From an uncultured Bacteroidia bacterium (lineage in GTDB: Bacteria; CAIWAD01; BS150m-G50): DNA of 64,000 bases. Of this stretch, positions 40,381-51,000 are shown piece after piece. The first letter of the stretch is position 1. Each line of letters starts with the position of its first letter. The notes below the pieces were generated by a model, which did not search any database, had not been told where the DNA came from, and saw only the letters and a program-made list of their open reading frames with translations. Where the stretch lies: positions 22,677-86,676 of the forward strand of contig CAZCRT010000008.1 in NCBI GenBank assembly GCA_964501185.1, written 5' to 3'. Made by a program: the position numbers and the translations under genes.

Positions 40381-41142
40381 TCACACTGAGATCAGGCTGC
40401 GAATTTTATTCTTCAGGTTAATGATAATCTTGGTATGAATCTGCGAAACACGGGATTCACTGATGTCCAGCACCTGGCCGATTTCCTTAAGTGTCAATTC
40501 CTCGTAATAGTAAAGGGCCATTACCAGTTTTTCCTGTTCCGGCAGCGAATTGATGAGCTTGACCATCAGGATCTTGATCTCCTTGCGTTCCATGATATCA
40601 AGCGGACTGTCATTGTGCTGATTCTCGACAACATCGTAAAGGCTTGTAGTCTGTCCTTCGTCAGAACCCATTGGATGATCGAAGGAGAGCAATGAGGTGG
40701 CGGACACCTCGTCCAGCAATTTATGATAATCAGAAAGAGTGAGTTCCAGCTTGACAGCGAGTTCCTCGTCAGTAGGTACGCGGTTAAGTTCCTCTTCCAG
40801 AGCAACCATCGCCTTACTCACCATTCGTTCCTTGGCTCTGATTGAACGGGGTACCCAGTCATAGTCACGCAGCCCATCAAGAATTGCACCACGAATACGT
40901 GGCACAGCGTAGGTTTCGAACTTGAAGCCGAGGGCAGGGTCAAAGTGATCAACCGAGTTTATCAGACCCATTGTTCCTGCGCCAACCAGATCGTCAAGGA
41001 CAACAGAGTTGGGTAATGATACTTTCATGCGGCTGGCTACAATTTTAACCAACGGCAGGTAATTGACCAGCAGCTGCTCCTTGAGTGCCGGATCCCGGTT
41101 GGTCTGAAACTCAGCCCAGACGGTTTTCATATCGTCAGACAT
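40381..41142 (-). CDS. fliA: Flagellar sigma-28 factor (FliA/WhiG family)
   Basis: Sigma-70 region 2 (DLVGAGTMGLINSVDHFDP..YAVPRIRGAI) and region 4 HTH (LTLKEIGQVLDISESRVSQIH). Sits downstream of flhF/flhG. Confidence 0.9.
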   Translation of the reverse strand: MSDDMKTVWAEFQTNRDPALKEQLLVNYLPLVKIVASRMKVSLPNSVVLDDLVGAGTMGLINSVDHFDPALGFKFETYAVPRIRGAILDGLRDYDWVPRSIRAKERMVSKAMVALEEELNRVPTDEELAVKLELTLSDYHKLLDEVSATSLLSFDHPMGSDEGQTTSLYDVVENQHNDSPLDIMERKEIKILMVKLINSLPEQEKLVMALYYYEELTLKEIGQVLDISESRVSQIHTKIIINLKNKIRSLISV

Positions 41143-41145
41143 GAT

Positions 41146-41457
41146 TTATTCCTTTTCTGCTTCAGAGGATTCAGATGATTCACTTGCCGCCTGCGGGCTA
41201 TGCGCCGCCTGTGGTGGCATGCCAACAGGTGTTGGTACTTTTCTCCTCTGTTCCAACTGCCAGTAATTATAAGTAACCAGCCCCAGTAAAACCAGAATTG
41301 AATAAGTAGCCCAGACTATCAGGGCACGACTCAGAATGGTCCAGAGGGAGAAATCAAACCAGGCGCCCAGAACTATGGTCACCAGCAGGATTATCTGCCC
41401 GAGCTGTTGCCATAACTGTTTGTTGTTGTCCTGATCACTCTTGTGTTGAACACTCAT
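41146..41457 (-). CDS. Small membrane protein (2 TM)
   Basis: 103 aa with two hydrophobic helices, between flhG-like and fliA. Confidence 0.4.
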   Translation of the reverse strand: MSVQHKSDQDNNKQLWQQLGQIILLVTIVLGAWFDFSLWTILSRALIVWATYSILVLLGLVTYNYWQLEQRRKVPTPVGMPPQAAHSPQAASESSESSEAEKE

Positions 41458-41464
41458 AGTATTC

Positions 41465-42169
41465 TCAATTATTTATATCCATGATATCAGATTTCCTCTG
41501 ACTGGAGTAGTGATATTGCCAGCTTATCAATGGTAGTCTGGAGGACCGCAGGAATACCGCTGCTTCCCTGAGTACTTCGACAAAAGCATCTGCATTCTCT
41601 GCCGGGATAGATTTCCCCTCAGCATCAGTATGCAGGCCTGACAACATTCCCAGGCAGGGTGGTGATACGCCAAACCACTGTCGAGTCAGATTGGTGAACA
41701 CGTCCAGTGGTGTTTCCTTGTTTTCAGGATCAGTTACATCTGCTTCTGTCCGGTTCATTAACAGGTAGAGTGGGCGTTCCAGATAATGATGCAGGTTTCT
41801 ACTGAAAAAACCAAAACTGCGCAGTAATTCTCTACTCTCATCAGGCAACACAAGTATGAAATCGTCTATCAGTGTATCACAACCATCAATAGAATCGAGC
41901 AGGATGAAATCATATCTCTGTGATAACCTGCGCCATTCCGCTTTTCGTTCCCGGTAAATCCTGTTGAATTCAGCGCTGTTCAACCTGCTGGGTCTGGCTG
42001 ATGTCATCACAGCTTCTTCCTGTGGTGAATCGCTGACCAGCAGTACTTTTTCACCAACTATCCTCAATGATACAGCCAGCACCTGAGCAATAAGAGATAT
42101 CCTGCTGTTACTGCTCTCAGCATGCAGAAGGATTACTCTGGGTCCACTGTTTTGAGTACTGTGATACAT
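41465..42169 (-). CDS. FlhG/MinD-family protein with degenerate Walker A (predicted non-ATPase)
   Basis: In the FlhG position. RVILLHAESSNSRISLIAQVLAVSLRIVGEKVLLV aligns to RVIAVTSGKGGVGKTT...NLA.ALA..GKRVLLL, with GKGGVGKT replaced by AESSNSRI. A Walker-B-like YDFILLDS is retained. Confidence 0.6.
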   Translation of the reverse strand: MYHSTQNSGPRVILLHAESSNSRISLIAQVLAVSLRIVGEKVLLVSDSPQEEAVMTSARPSRLNSAEFNRIYRERKAEWRRLSQRYDFILLDSIDGCDTLIDDFILVLPDESRELLRSFGFFSRNLHHYLERPLYLLMNRTEADVTDPENKETPLDVFTNLTRQWFGVSPPCLGMLSGLHTDAEGKSIPAENADAFVEVLREAAVFLRSSRLPLISWQYHYSSQRKSDIMDINN

Positions 42170-43284
42170 CAGTCGTCCTTTACCGGGAATCCATTTCCAT
42201 CAAGCAGCCAGGAAGCTATCAGAGATGGCCGCAAACTCAGCATATCCTCCGGGATTCGCTGGCCATTACCCAGGAAACTGAATACCGGCTTAATATCACA
42301 GGCGAGATTCAGGACATTGCCCAGGGTTCCAGTTTCATCAAGTTTGGTAAGAAGTATTCTATTGAAATTTATCTGACGATATTCTCTTACCATCCGGTTC
42401 AGGTCGGAGTACTTTGTGTTCAGTGGCAATACCAGATGGGTTTCCGAAGGCGCCGCCAGCTCCAGCATCTTCTCAACATCACGCAGCTGTTTCCCCGCAC
42501 GCCAGGAAGCCCCCGGCGTATCTATCAGTATAACCTCACAGTGCTGCAGTTCGCGCAGGGCGGGCTTGATTTCCTTTTCACGATACACCAGCCTGAGATC
42601 AGCTTTGACGATCTCTGCAAACACCTGCAGTTGTTGCGCAGCTGCCAGTTTCTTTGTGTCAAGACTGAGGATTCCCAGACGACGATTCCCAAAGAAGGAC
42701 CGATTTGCAGCCAGCTTTATGAGACTGGCGGTTTTACCTGCCCCGGTCGGGCCGATAAATGCCAGCTTCAGTGCCGTTCCATCAGTGTTGGAAGGTATGC
42801 CTGATGCGCGGAAACGCCGGGCAATCCAACGTGCGGCCCTTTCCTGCATGAGTTTGTGAGAGCGCAGTTCTCTGGGTGTAGCGCTCATCTGCAGGTCCTG
42901 CAAAAGCTCCTGTATCACGTTACTGTTTACTTCCATCCGGTGCAGATGGTTTGCCAGGTTGGAAAGTGTCGGCCAGGGCGATTTACCTTCCGGACGCCCC
43001 ATCTGTTGTTGCAGTTCCTGAATAGACCGGGCCAGCTGCTGCATTTCCCCCTGGAGTGCAGCCGGAGGAGCTATTCCGGCAGCCCCTGAAGAACCGGGAG
43101 GTGTAGAGGGGTGGATACTGTCAGCAGATTGTCCGACAACTACTTCATAACTCCAGCCATATTCCGGACCCGCAGGATGGTTGCGCCGGCCTGATTCAAC
43201 GATAACAACATCATCGCCGTTTTCCCGCTTTATCTTGCTCATGATATCACGGTAGTTAGTGCCGGTGTAGGATTTCGTTTCCAT
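42169..43284 (-). CDS. flhF: Flagellar biosynthesis GTPase FlhF
   Basis: SRP-type GTPase motifs GPTGAGKT and DTPG, basic N-domain, sits between flhA and flhG-like. Confidence 0.85.
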   Translation of the reverse strand: METKSYTGTNYRDIMSKIKRENGDDVVIVESGRRNHPAGPEYGWSYEVVVGQSADSIHPSTPPGSSGAAGIAPPAALQGEMQQLARSIQELQQQMGRPEGKSPWPTLSNLANHLHRMEVNSNVIQELLQDLQMSATPRELRSHKLMQERAARWIARRFRASGIPSNTDGTALKLAFIGPTGAGKTASLIKLAANRSFFGNRRLGILSLDTKKLAAAQQLQVFAEIVKADLRLVYREKEIKPALRELQHCEVILIDTPGASWRAGKQLRDVEKMLELAAPSETHLVLPLNTKYSDLNRMVREYRQINFNRILLTKLDETGTLGNVLNLACDIKPVFSFLGNGQRIPEDMLSLRPSLIASWLLDGNGFPVKDD

Positions 43285-43371
43285 TGTTGATTCCTCTATG
43301 CTGTATCACATGATCGTGTGGCTGTACTTCGGGATTTACGACCTTAAATTCATGTATAGTCTGTTCGACGA

Positions 43372-45504
43372 TCAGGCTTCACTGCCGGCTACGATCGCTT
43401 CCTTCTCTCTATCTTCCTGCCCTGCTTTCAGATTGCGGTGTGAAATCACTCCACAGGATTCTACTTCCACGCTGGGGATGAGTTCGCTGTACGAAACCAG
43501 ACTGAGATCAGGCAGCGAACTCTCGAGCAGTTTACGGAGGTATGGCCTGATGGTCGGTGCTGTCAGAAGCACGCCCCTGCGCCCCTGGGTTGACATCTCT
43601 TCAGAGAGATCCCGGATCTGGCGGATAAGAGCCGCAAAAACTTCCGGCGTAAGGCTCAAAGCGCGTCCCTGGGCAGTCTGCTCAAGTTCCCGGCTGAACA
43701 TTTCTTCCAGTTCCGGGTCGAGTGTCATACAGTAGATACGCCCATCTTCATTCTGGTATATCCTGGTGATAGTCTGGTTCAACGAGAAACGGGCATACTC
43801 GTTCAGAATCTCCACATCCTTGGTTGAAGGAGCGTAGTCTGCCAGTGTCTCCAGAATCGTCGTCAGATCCCGGATGGGGATACCCTCCTTCAACAGACGC
43901 TGGAGGACCTTATGTATCACACCCAGGCTGAGCAGATTGGGATAGAGCTCATCGACCAGTGCCGGGTTATCCTTTTTGATATTTTCAATCAGGTTCATCG
44001 CATCCTGGCGGCCGAGTATACGCCACGAGCTTTTTTGTATCACGTCAACCAGATGTGTCGCCAGTACTGCCGGTGCTTCGATTACGGCATAGCCCAGCAG
44101 TTCAGCCCTCTCCCTGATTTCCTCTCGTATCCAGGTTGCCGGCATGCCAAATGTCGGTTCCGTGGTCTTGAAACCGTCAATCTCCTCGTCAGCTTCCCCG
44201 GCGTTCAGCGCCAGATGATAGCCAACCTTGATTTCACCCTGTGCTACTTCAATACCACGGATTTTGATCGTGTACTCTTCCGGCTTCAGCTGAATATTAT
44301 CGCGAATGCGTATTGGCGGAATAATGATACCGAGATCCAGTGCCTGCTGTTTCCGGATAAGGGTAATACGGTTCAGCAGGTCACCATTCTGTTCCACATC
44401 GACCAGCGGAATGAGGCCGTAACCGATTTCAATTTCCATGGGATCGACATAGAGGAAGTCCTCGATATTTTCCTCTGCGGGCTCTTCCTGTGCTTCAGCT
44501 TCCGGTTCCTGTTGTTCACTCTTGCGTCCACTGCGCAGGGCCAGGGCGACGCTGCCGATTGCTATGGAAAGGATCATAAACGGAAGCGTGGGCAAACCGG
44601 GTACCAGCGCGAAAAACATGAGTACAAACGCTACAATGATGAGTGGCCGGATACGACTGAAGAGCTGAGCGGTTACATCATGCCCAAAGTTATTGCGGGC
44701 ACCGGCACGTGTTACAATTACACCGGCAGCCGTAGAGATGATCAGGGCAGGGATCTGGTTAACGAGACCGTCACCAACTGTAAGCAGAGTGTAGTTGGCA
44801 ATGGCTTCCGGGAAAGTCATACCCAGCTGAATCATACCGATAGCGAAACCACCAAGGATATTGATAGCGGTAATAATCAGACTGGCAATGGCATCACCCC
44901 GGACAAACTTGGAGGCACCATCCATTGCCCCATAGAAATCAGCCTCCTTGCTGATTTTCTCACGCCGCTGCCTGGCTTCCTGTTCGTCAATAACACCATT
45001 GTTGAGATCGGCGTCGATCGCCATCTGTTTACCCGGCATAGCGTCGAGTGTAAACCGGGCCGCTACCTCTGCAACACGCCCGGCACCCTTGGTAATGACG
45101 ATGAAGTTGATCAGTACCAGGATCAGGAAGACGATGAAACCGACGATGTAGTTGCCCTTGACCACGAAGCCACCGAAGGCGGAAATCACCTGCCCGGCGT
45201 AGCCATCACCCAGGATCAGCCGGGTAGAGGCGACATTAAGTGCCAATCGGAAAAGCGTGATCAGAAGCAGCAGACCGGGAAAGATGGAGAATTGGAGCGG
45301 CTCTGTATTGTAGATCGCAACCAGCAGGATGGTCAAGCCGATGGCAATATTGAGCGCCAGCAGCACATCCAGAAACGCTGCCGGCAGCGGAATGATCATC
45401 ATCACCAGGATACCGACAATACCCAGCGCTATCAGCACATCACTGCGTCGTGTCAGTGCCGAAAGGGTGTTATTACGCAGTGTGATACGATCGTCCATAC
45501 TCAT
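43372..45504 (-). CDS. flhA: Flagellar biosynthesis protein FlhA
   Basis: 710 aa; 8-TM N-domain with FlhA signatures (FPGLLL, TRLILGDG) and a large cytoplasmic domain. Confidence 0.95.
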   Translation of the reverse strand: MSMDDRITLRNNTLSALTRRSDVLIALGIVGILVMMIIPLPAAFLDVLLALNIAIGLTILLVAIYNTEPLQFSIFPGLLLLITLFRLALNVASTRLILGDGYAGQVISAFGGFVVKGNYIVGFIVFLILVLINFIVITKGAGRVAEVAARFTLDAMPGKQMAIDADLNNGVIDEQEARQRREKISKEADFYGAMDGASKFVRGDAIASLIITAINILGGFAIGMIQLGMTFPEAIANYTLLTVGDGLVNQIPALIISTAAGVIVTRAGARNNFGHDVTAQLFSRIRPLIIVAFVLMFFALVPGLPTLPFMILSIAIGSVALALRSGRKSEQQEPEAEAQEEPAEENIEDFLYVDPMEIEIGYGLIPLVDVEQNGDLLNRITLIRKQQALDLGIIIPPIRIRDNIQLKPEEYTIKIRGIEVAQGEIKVGYHLALNAGEADEEIDGFKTTEPTFGMPATWIREEIRERAELLGYAVIEAPAVLATHLVDVIQKSSWRILGRQDAMNLIENIKKDNPALVDELYPNLLSLGVIHKVLQRLLKEGIPIRDLTTILETLADYAPSTKDVEILNEYARFSLNQTITRIYQNEDGRIYCMTLDPELEEMFSRELEQTAQGRALSLTPEVFAALIRQIRDLSEEMSTQGRRGVLLTAPTIRPYLRKLLESSLPDLSLVSYSELIPSVEVESCGVISHRNLKAGQEDREKEAIVAGSEA

Positions 45505-46574
45505 GCTGCTTCACTTTTGTTCTGATAGACCAGTGCCAGCACTTCGGCAATGGCCTGATAGAAATCAACCGGTACTTCCACACCTACATCCACAACGTGA
45601 TACATTGCGCGGGTGAGGGGCGGATTTTCTATTACCGGAATATCGTTGTGCCCGGCAATTTCCCGGATACGCTCTGCGACCTTGCGGACCCCCTTGGCTA
45701 CGACACGGGGAGCGCGCATATTTTCCTGTTCATATTTGAGTGCGATAGCGTAATGTGTCGGGTTGGTGATCACAACATCCGCGTCCGGGACGTCATTCAG
45801 CATCCGCCGGAACGCCATCTCAAACTGCAGTGAACGGACATGTGATTTCAACAGCGGGTCACCCTCGGTCTGCTTACGCTCATCCTTGACTTCCTGTTTA
45901 GTCATCTTCAGTTTGCGCGAGTGTTCCCATTTCTGAAACCACCAGTCGAATGCTGCGATCGCGCTCAGGAAAACCGCAGTCCAAATGATCAGGTTGCGTG
46001 TACTTTCCGCAACTGCCATCAGCATGCCGGCGGTAGTCGAGTCACCCAGCCGGGAAAAATCTCCCAACTCGTTCTTTACTACCAGCCACGCGACAAATCC
46101 CACCACAGTGATCTTGACGAAGTTCTTCACCAGTTCGTTGAGAGAGCGGGTGGAGAAAATGTTCTTCAATCCCTTTACCGGGTTCATTTTATTGAAATCA
46201 GGTTTGATCGATTCGGCTGAAGCGAGGAAGCCAACCTGTGACAGATTGGCTGCCAGGCCGATAACCAGTACCAGCAGCATGAAGGGCAGCACCGCTCTGG
46301 CAGTAATACCCACACTGAAGCTGCCAATCTCCTGAACCTGATCGATTTCAACAGGCCAGCTGGATGCATGACTGTAGATGTAGCGGAATCCACCGGTGAT
46401 GGTCGCCATTATCTGACCACCCAGTATCATCAACGCCAGCAGGCCACCCAGAATCACGGCAGCGGAGTTAATCTCCATGCTCTTGGCGACGTTACCCTTC
46501 TTGCGTGCGTCATCGCGCCGCTTCTGGGTTGCCGGTTCTGTTTTGTCCTGGAAGGATGTCTGCTCATCAGCCAT
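45501..46574 (-). CDS. flhB: Flagellar biosynthesis protein FlhB
   Basis: 4-TM N-domain and NPTH autocleavage motif (VVITNPTHYAIAL). Confidence 0.95.
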   Translation of the reverse strand: MADEQTSFQDKTEPATQKRRDDARKKGNVAKSMEINSAAVILGGLLALMILGGQIMATITGGFRYIYSHASSWPVEIDQVQEIGSFSVGITARAVLPFMLLVLVIGLAANLSQVGFLASAESIKPDFNKMNPVKGLKNIFSTRSLNELVKNFVKITVVGFVAWLVVKNELGDFSRLGDSTTAGMLMAVAESTRNLIIWTAVFLSAIAAFDWWFQKWEHSRKLKMTKQEVKDERKQTEGDPLLKSHVRSLQFEMAFRRMLNDVPDADVVITNPTHYAIALKYEQENMRAPRVVAKGVRKVAERIREIAGHNDIPVIENPPLTRAMYHVVDVGVEVPVDFYQAIAEVLALVYQNKSEAA

Positions 46575-46826
46575 AGGAAAAAGCTGCCCTGTTTCTATTG
46601 TTCACAGGTCAGAAGGCAAAATCCATTCCATTTATGGCCATTGTGGTGAGAGGAGGGGGAGGTTTTCTCAACTAACCTCGTTCATCGTTGTAAGGGATGG
46701 AAAAACAATGGGTAACGGTTGATGCAGGTCGAAAGCTGGTTAGCTGCAGAGCATGGGAGATACCGAATAGAGTTCGGAAGTTCGCTACTCGAACGGTTGC
46801 GAAGCTGCTAAAATTGCCGGGAGCAG

Positions 46827-47879
46827 TTAGACTATCCGCAGCCCTTTACCATCGTAACCGGTAATCTCACCGATCAGGCAGGCGTTCTTGACACCATGTT
46901 CCAACAGGCTTTGCAGCAGTCGGTCACTCTCATTGCCAGCGACGGCAATCAGCAGGCCACCGGAAGTCTGTGGATCGTAGAGCAGTTGCTGATCTTTCCA
47001 GCTGATTTCCCGGTTGAATTCCAGTTCGGAAGCTACCTTTTCGTAGTTGGGCTTGTTGGCACCGGTACCGACTTTGTCGTAATACAACTCCTGCGCCTGT
47101 GTGAAAAATGGCAGCGACTCTAAGTTGATCCGCATGGTAACACCACTGGTGGCAGCCATCTTGCCGGCATGTCCGGCCAGGCCGAAACCGGTCACATCAG
47201 TACAGGCGTGTACCGTGAAATCTGTTAACACTTCTGCAGCGACGCGGTTGAGTGTAATCATCGACTCAATCACAGGTTCCAGATTCTCCGGCAGGGTTTT
47301 ACCGGCATTGTTACCGTTGATGATGACACCGGTACCGAGTGGTTTGGTGAGGATAAGCCTGTCTCCCGGTTGCGCTGTTGAGTTGCGCAGGATCCGGTCA
47401 GGATGTACCAGGCCATTGACCGACAGGCCGTATTTCGGCTCCGGATCATCGGTAGTATGTCCACCGATCAGTATTGCCCCCGCTTCACTGATCTTGCTCA
47501 AACCGCCGGCCAGCACCTGCTGAAAAACAGTCACATCCTGGGTACCGGGCAGCCCCAGCAGATTGAGAGCAGTAATCGGCCGCGCACCCATGGCATAAAT
47601 GTCACTCAATGCATTAGCAGCTGCTATCTGGCCGAATGTGTAGGGATCGTCAACCGGAGGGGTGATCCAGTCACCGGTAACTACCAGCGCCTGTTCATCC
47701 GATAGCCTGTAAACACCGGAATCATCACCGGTATCGATACCTACCAGGACATCTGAATCCTGTTGAGTATGCACATCAGCCAGTATTTTATCCAACCCGA
47801 CCGGGTCAATCTTGGCCGCTCAACCGCACTTGTGTGCCAGTGATGCCAGTCCCGGTTGATCTGTGAGGTGTAGTTTCAT
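46827..47879 (-). CDS. selD: Selenide, water dikinase (selenophosphate synthetase), Sec-containing, in-frame UGA at 47820-47822
   Basis: The track's ORF (TTG start at 47795) lacks the SelD N-terminus. Extending upstream in frame gives MKLHLTDQPGLASLAHKCG-U-AAKIDPVGLDKIL, which aligns to E. coli SHGAGC(17)GCK(20)ISPKVLETIL with UGA at the Cys17 position. The rest is a full-length SelD (AIR synthase-like). Confidence 0.85.
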
Positions 47880-48053
47880 CTTTTTTCCATTTAGTTCAGG
47901 AATATAATAATATTGAGCTGCGGGGCGCAAATGCCAGTTTATTTTCCTTTTATAAGCTCGATGATTGCAGTTTCCTGCCCTGACCGGTATTTTATGATGA
48001 GTATATAAACCCGTTCATGAACCTGGATATACCTGGTAAAAGGAGAAACTCCC

Positions 48054-51000
48054 ATGTCTAAATGGATCATTGTACCAACAGCTATGCTGGTAGTGCTGAT
48101 ACAACTGACAGCAGCTCCTGCTGTTGATGCAGCAGAGACCCGTACCCTGATGAAAATTGACAATGCTACCCCCCTGCAGATGCAGTTACTGGCGCAGGGC
48201 CATTACCACGTCGACAGGGTTGTTGATAACGAGGTTGAACTCTGGTTGAATGAATCAGAACTGGGTAAGCTGCAGGAGCAGGGGATACGACCATACAGTA
48301 TACCTGACCAGGCTTATGAGATGTTTCTGCATTTACAGGCAACAGCCCGTGACGATGGCGGCTGGCGCGATTACCATAACTACAGCCAGGTTACCGGTTA
48401 TCTGCAGAACCTGAATGATACCTATCCGGACATCACAGAATTGTTCAGTATCGGCCAGACGGTGGATGGGCGGGAGCTCTGGGTTCTCCGGATTACTGAT
48501 AATCCGGATGTTGAAGAAGATGAACCGGAGTTCAAATATATCTCCACCATGCATGGCAACGAACCGGTAGGCACGGAAATGCTGCTCGAGTTGTGCGATC
48601 TGCTGTTGGAAGGATACGGCCTTATTCCCCGGTATACCAACATCATAGACAATATCGACCTTTCCATTCTGCCGATGATGAACCCTGATGGTAATGATGC
48701 CGGAACCCGCAGCAATGCTAACGGTGTCGATCTAAACCGCAATTTTCCGGATCAATACGATGACCCTTTCAACACCCCTGACGGGCGTGAGCCGGAGACC
48801 GCTGCAGTGATGAACTGGACAGCAGCAGAGAACTTCATCCTCTCAGCTAATTTCCATACCGGCGCCCTTGTAGTCAATTATCCCTTTGACAGCAATCCGC
48901 AGGGAACCAATACTTTCTCCCCCTCACCGGATGAGGACCTTTTCGTCGTCATGTCAGAAGCTTACTCCATACATAATTCACCGATGTGGAACGGAAGTTT
49001 TTATCACGGGATAACCAACGGTGCTGACTGGTACTGTATTTACGGTGGCATGCAGGATTGGAACTATGTCTGGGAGGGGGGCATGGAGGTCACAGTCGAG
49101 CTCAGTAACACATCCTGGCCGGATGGTTCCGTCCTGCCACAGCTCTGGAATGACAACCGGGAATCGATGCTGTCTTACCTCGAGTATTCCCTGGAAGGTA
49201 TCCGGGGGGTGATTATCGACGCCGACACAGGATTGCCAATAGCAGCCACAGTATGCCTTGAAGGCAATCCACATGAAACCTACAGCGATCCGGATGTGGG
49301 CGATTATCACCGTATCTGTCTCCCGGGGACATACACCCTGGTGGTCAGCAAGCAGTTCTATGAAAGTGCCACAATTCCGGGTGTCTTTGTTATGGACGGC
49401 ATGCCTACCGAAGTGGATGTAGCTCTGACCCCGCTTGCACCGACACCTGACCTGCAGCTGATTGCCACACTGATAGACGATGGGGGTGACGGTGTGCTGG
49501 ATCCAGGTGAAACTGCCTGGTTGACGCTGGAACTTGCCAATGAAGGCAATCAACCGGCCTCCAGCACACTCGGTATCATAACCGGTAGCAATCCGGAATT
49601 GACAATTAATGATGGTGACGGCAGTTGGGGGACGATCAACCCGGAAACAACTGCCTGGAACAGTGGTGATCCCTTCCAAATGACTTTAGCTGCTGGTTGC
49701 CCGGTGGGAGAAGTACTGCCGCTGGAATTGAACCTGACTGCAGGTGACTACAGCACTGTTATCAGTTTTTCGTTGACGGCTGGCCTGCAGATCGAGGATT
49801 TCGAGAGTGGTGACTTTGCAGGGCTCCCCTGGACAATGGATGGCAGTGCCGGCTGGATAATCAGCGGGGCCCCTTACGAAGGAGCATGGTGCGCACAGTC
49901 GGGCAACATCGGCAACAACCAGACTTCCGAATTGCACCTGACTGTCGACGTGGTAGCGCCCGGTGATATTGCCTTCCAGTATAAAGTCTCCTCAGAAGAC
50001 ACTTACGATTATCTCCGTTTCCTGATTGATGGAACGCCGCAGGCTGCCTGGGCCGGAGAAGAGGGCTGGAGTGAGTACAGTTGCGCTGTAGCTGCCGGTG
50101 AGCATCAGTTCAGCTGGATTTTTGACAAGGATAATTCCGTCAGCCATGGCAGCGACTGTGGCTGGATTGACTATATTGTATTCCCGCCGCTGGCCGCGCT
50201 CCCCTTCCCGGAAATCGATGTGGATCCCACTGCCTTCAGCATCAACCTGGAGCCGGGTGAGTCTACGCTGGAATTGCTGACTATCGACAACAGTGGCGAC
50301 GCTGAGCTGGATTATACAGTGCAGGTTTCCATTGATGGTGAACCAACCGCAGTTCCACACATGGAGTTGCGCAAAGGAGAGGATGATCCCCGAACAGGTC
50401 AGTTCGGTCGTGACCAGGGGAGGCCGGATGGTTTTGGCCATTACTGGATAGATAGTGATCAGCCGGAGGGACCGGCTTACAACTGGATAGAAATCAGCAG
50501 CGTTGGAACTTCTCCCGGTGACCAGGATGATGGTAACTATGGCCCGATCCCGCTCGGGTTCACAGTCGATTTCTACGCCTGGGCTTATGACGCGATCCGT
50601 ATATGTACCAACGGCTGGCTCTCTTTCGCCTCAACCGTCACTGAATACGACAACCAGGGGATCCCGGACAGCGCTGAGCCGAACGGCCTGATAGCGCCCT
50701 TCTGGGACGACCTGAATCCTTCCAGCAGCGGTACTGTTTACTACTATGCTGATGCAGCCAACCAGCGCTTCATAGTTGAGTGGGACGGTGTAGTGCTATA
50801 TGGAACCGAAGATGCGCAGACCTTCCAGGTGATTATCAACGCCGACGGAACCATACTCTACCAGTACCAGACGGTAACTGATGGCACAAGTTGTACGGTT
50901 GGAATTGAGAACCAGGATGGCAGTGATGGGTTGGAGATAGTCTTTAATGCCCCTTATCTGCATGACGGCCTGGCAATACTGATTGATCACAGCACACCCT

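Noticed and set aside
43912-45525. 537-aa plus-strand ORF
   Set aside because: Fully antisense to flhA, with His/Gln/Asp-rich low-complexity translation. An artefact of GC-rich antisense frames. The same applies to many other antisense ORFs inside rnr, the C25-like gene, the M14 genes and the sensor kinase.
46575-46826. Search for a sigma-54 (GG-N10-GC) or sigma-28 promoter upstream of flhB
   Set aside because: No convincing consensus match found by eye. It was left unannotated.
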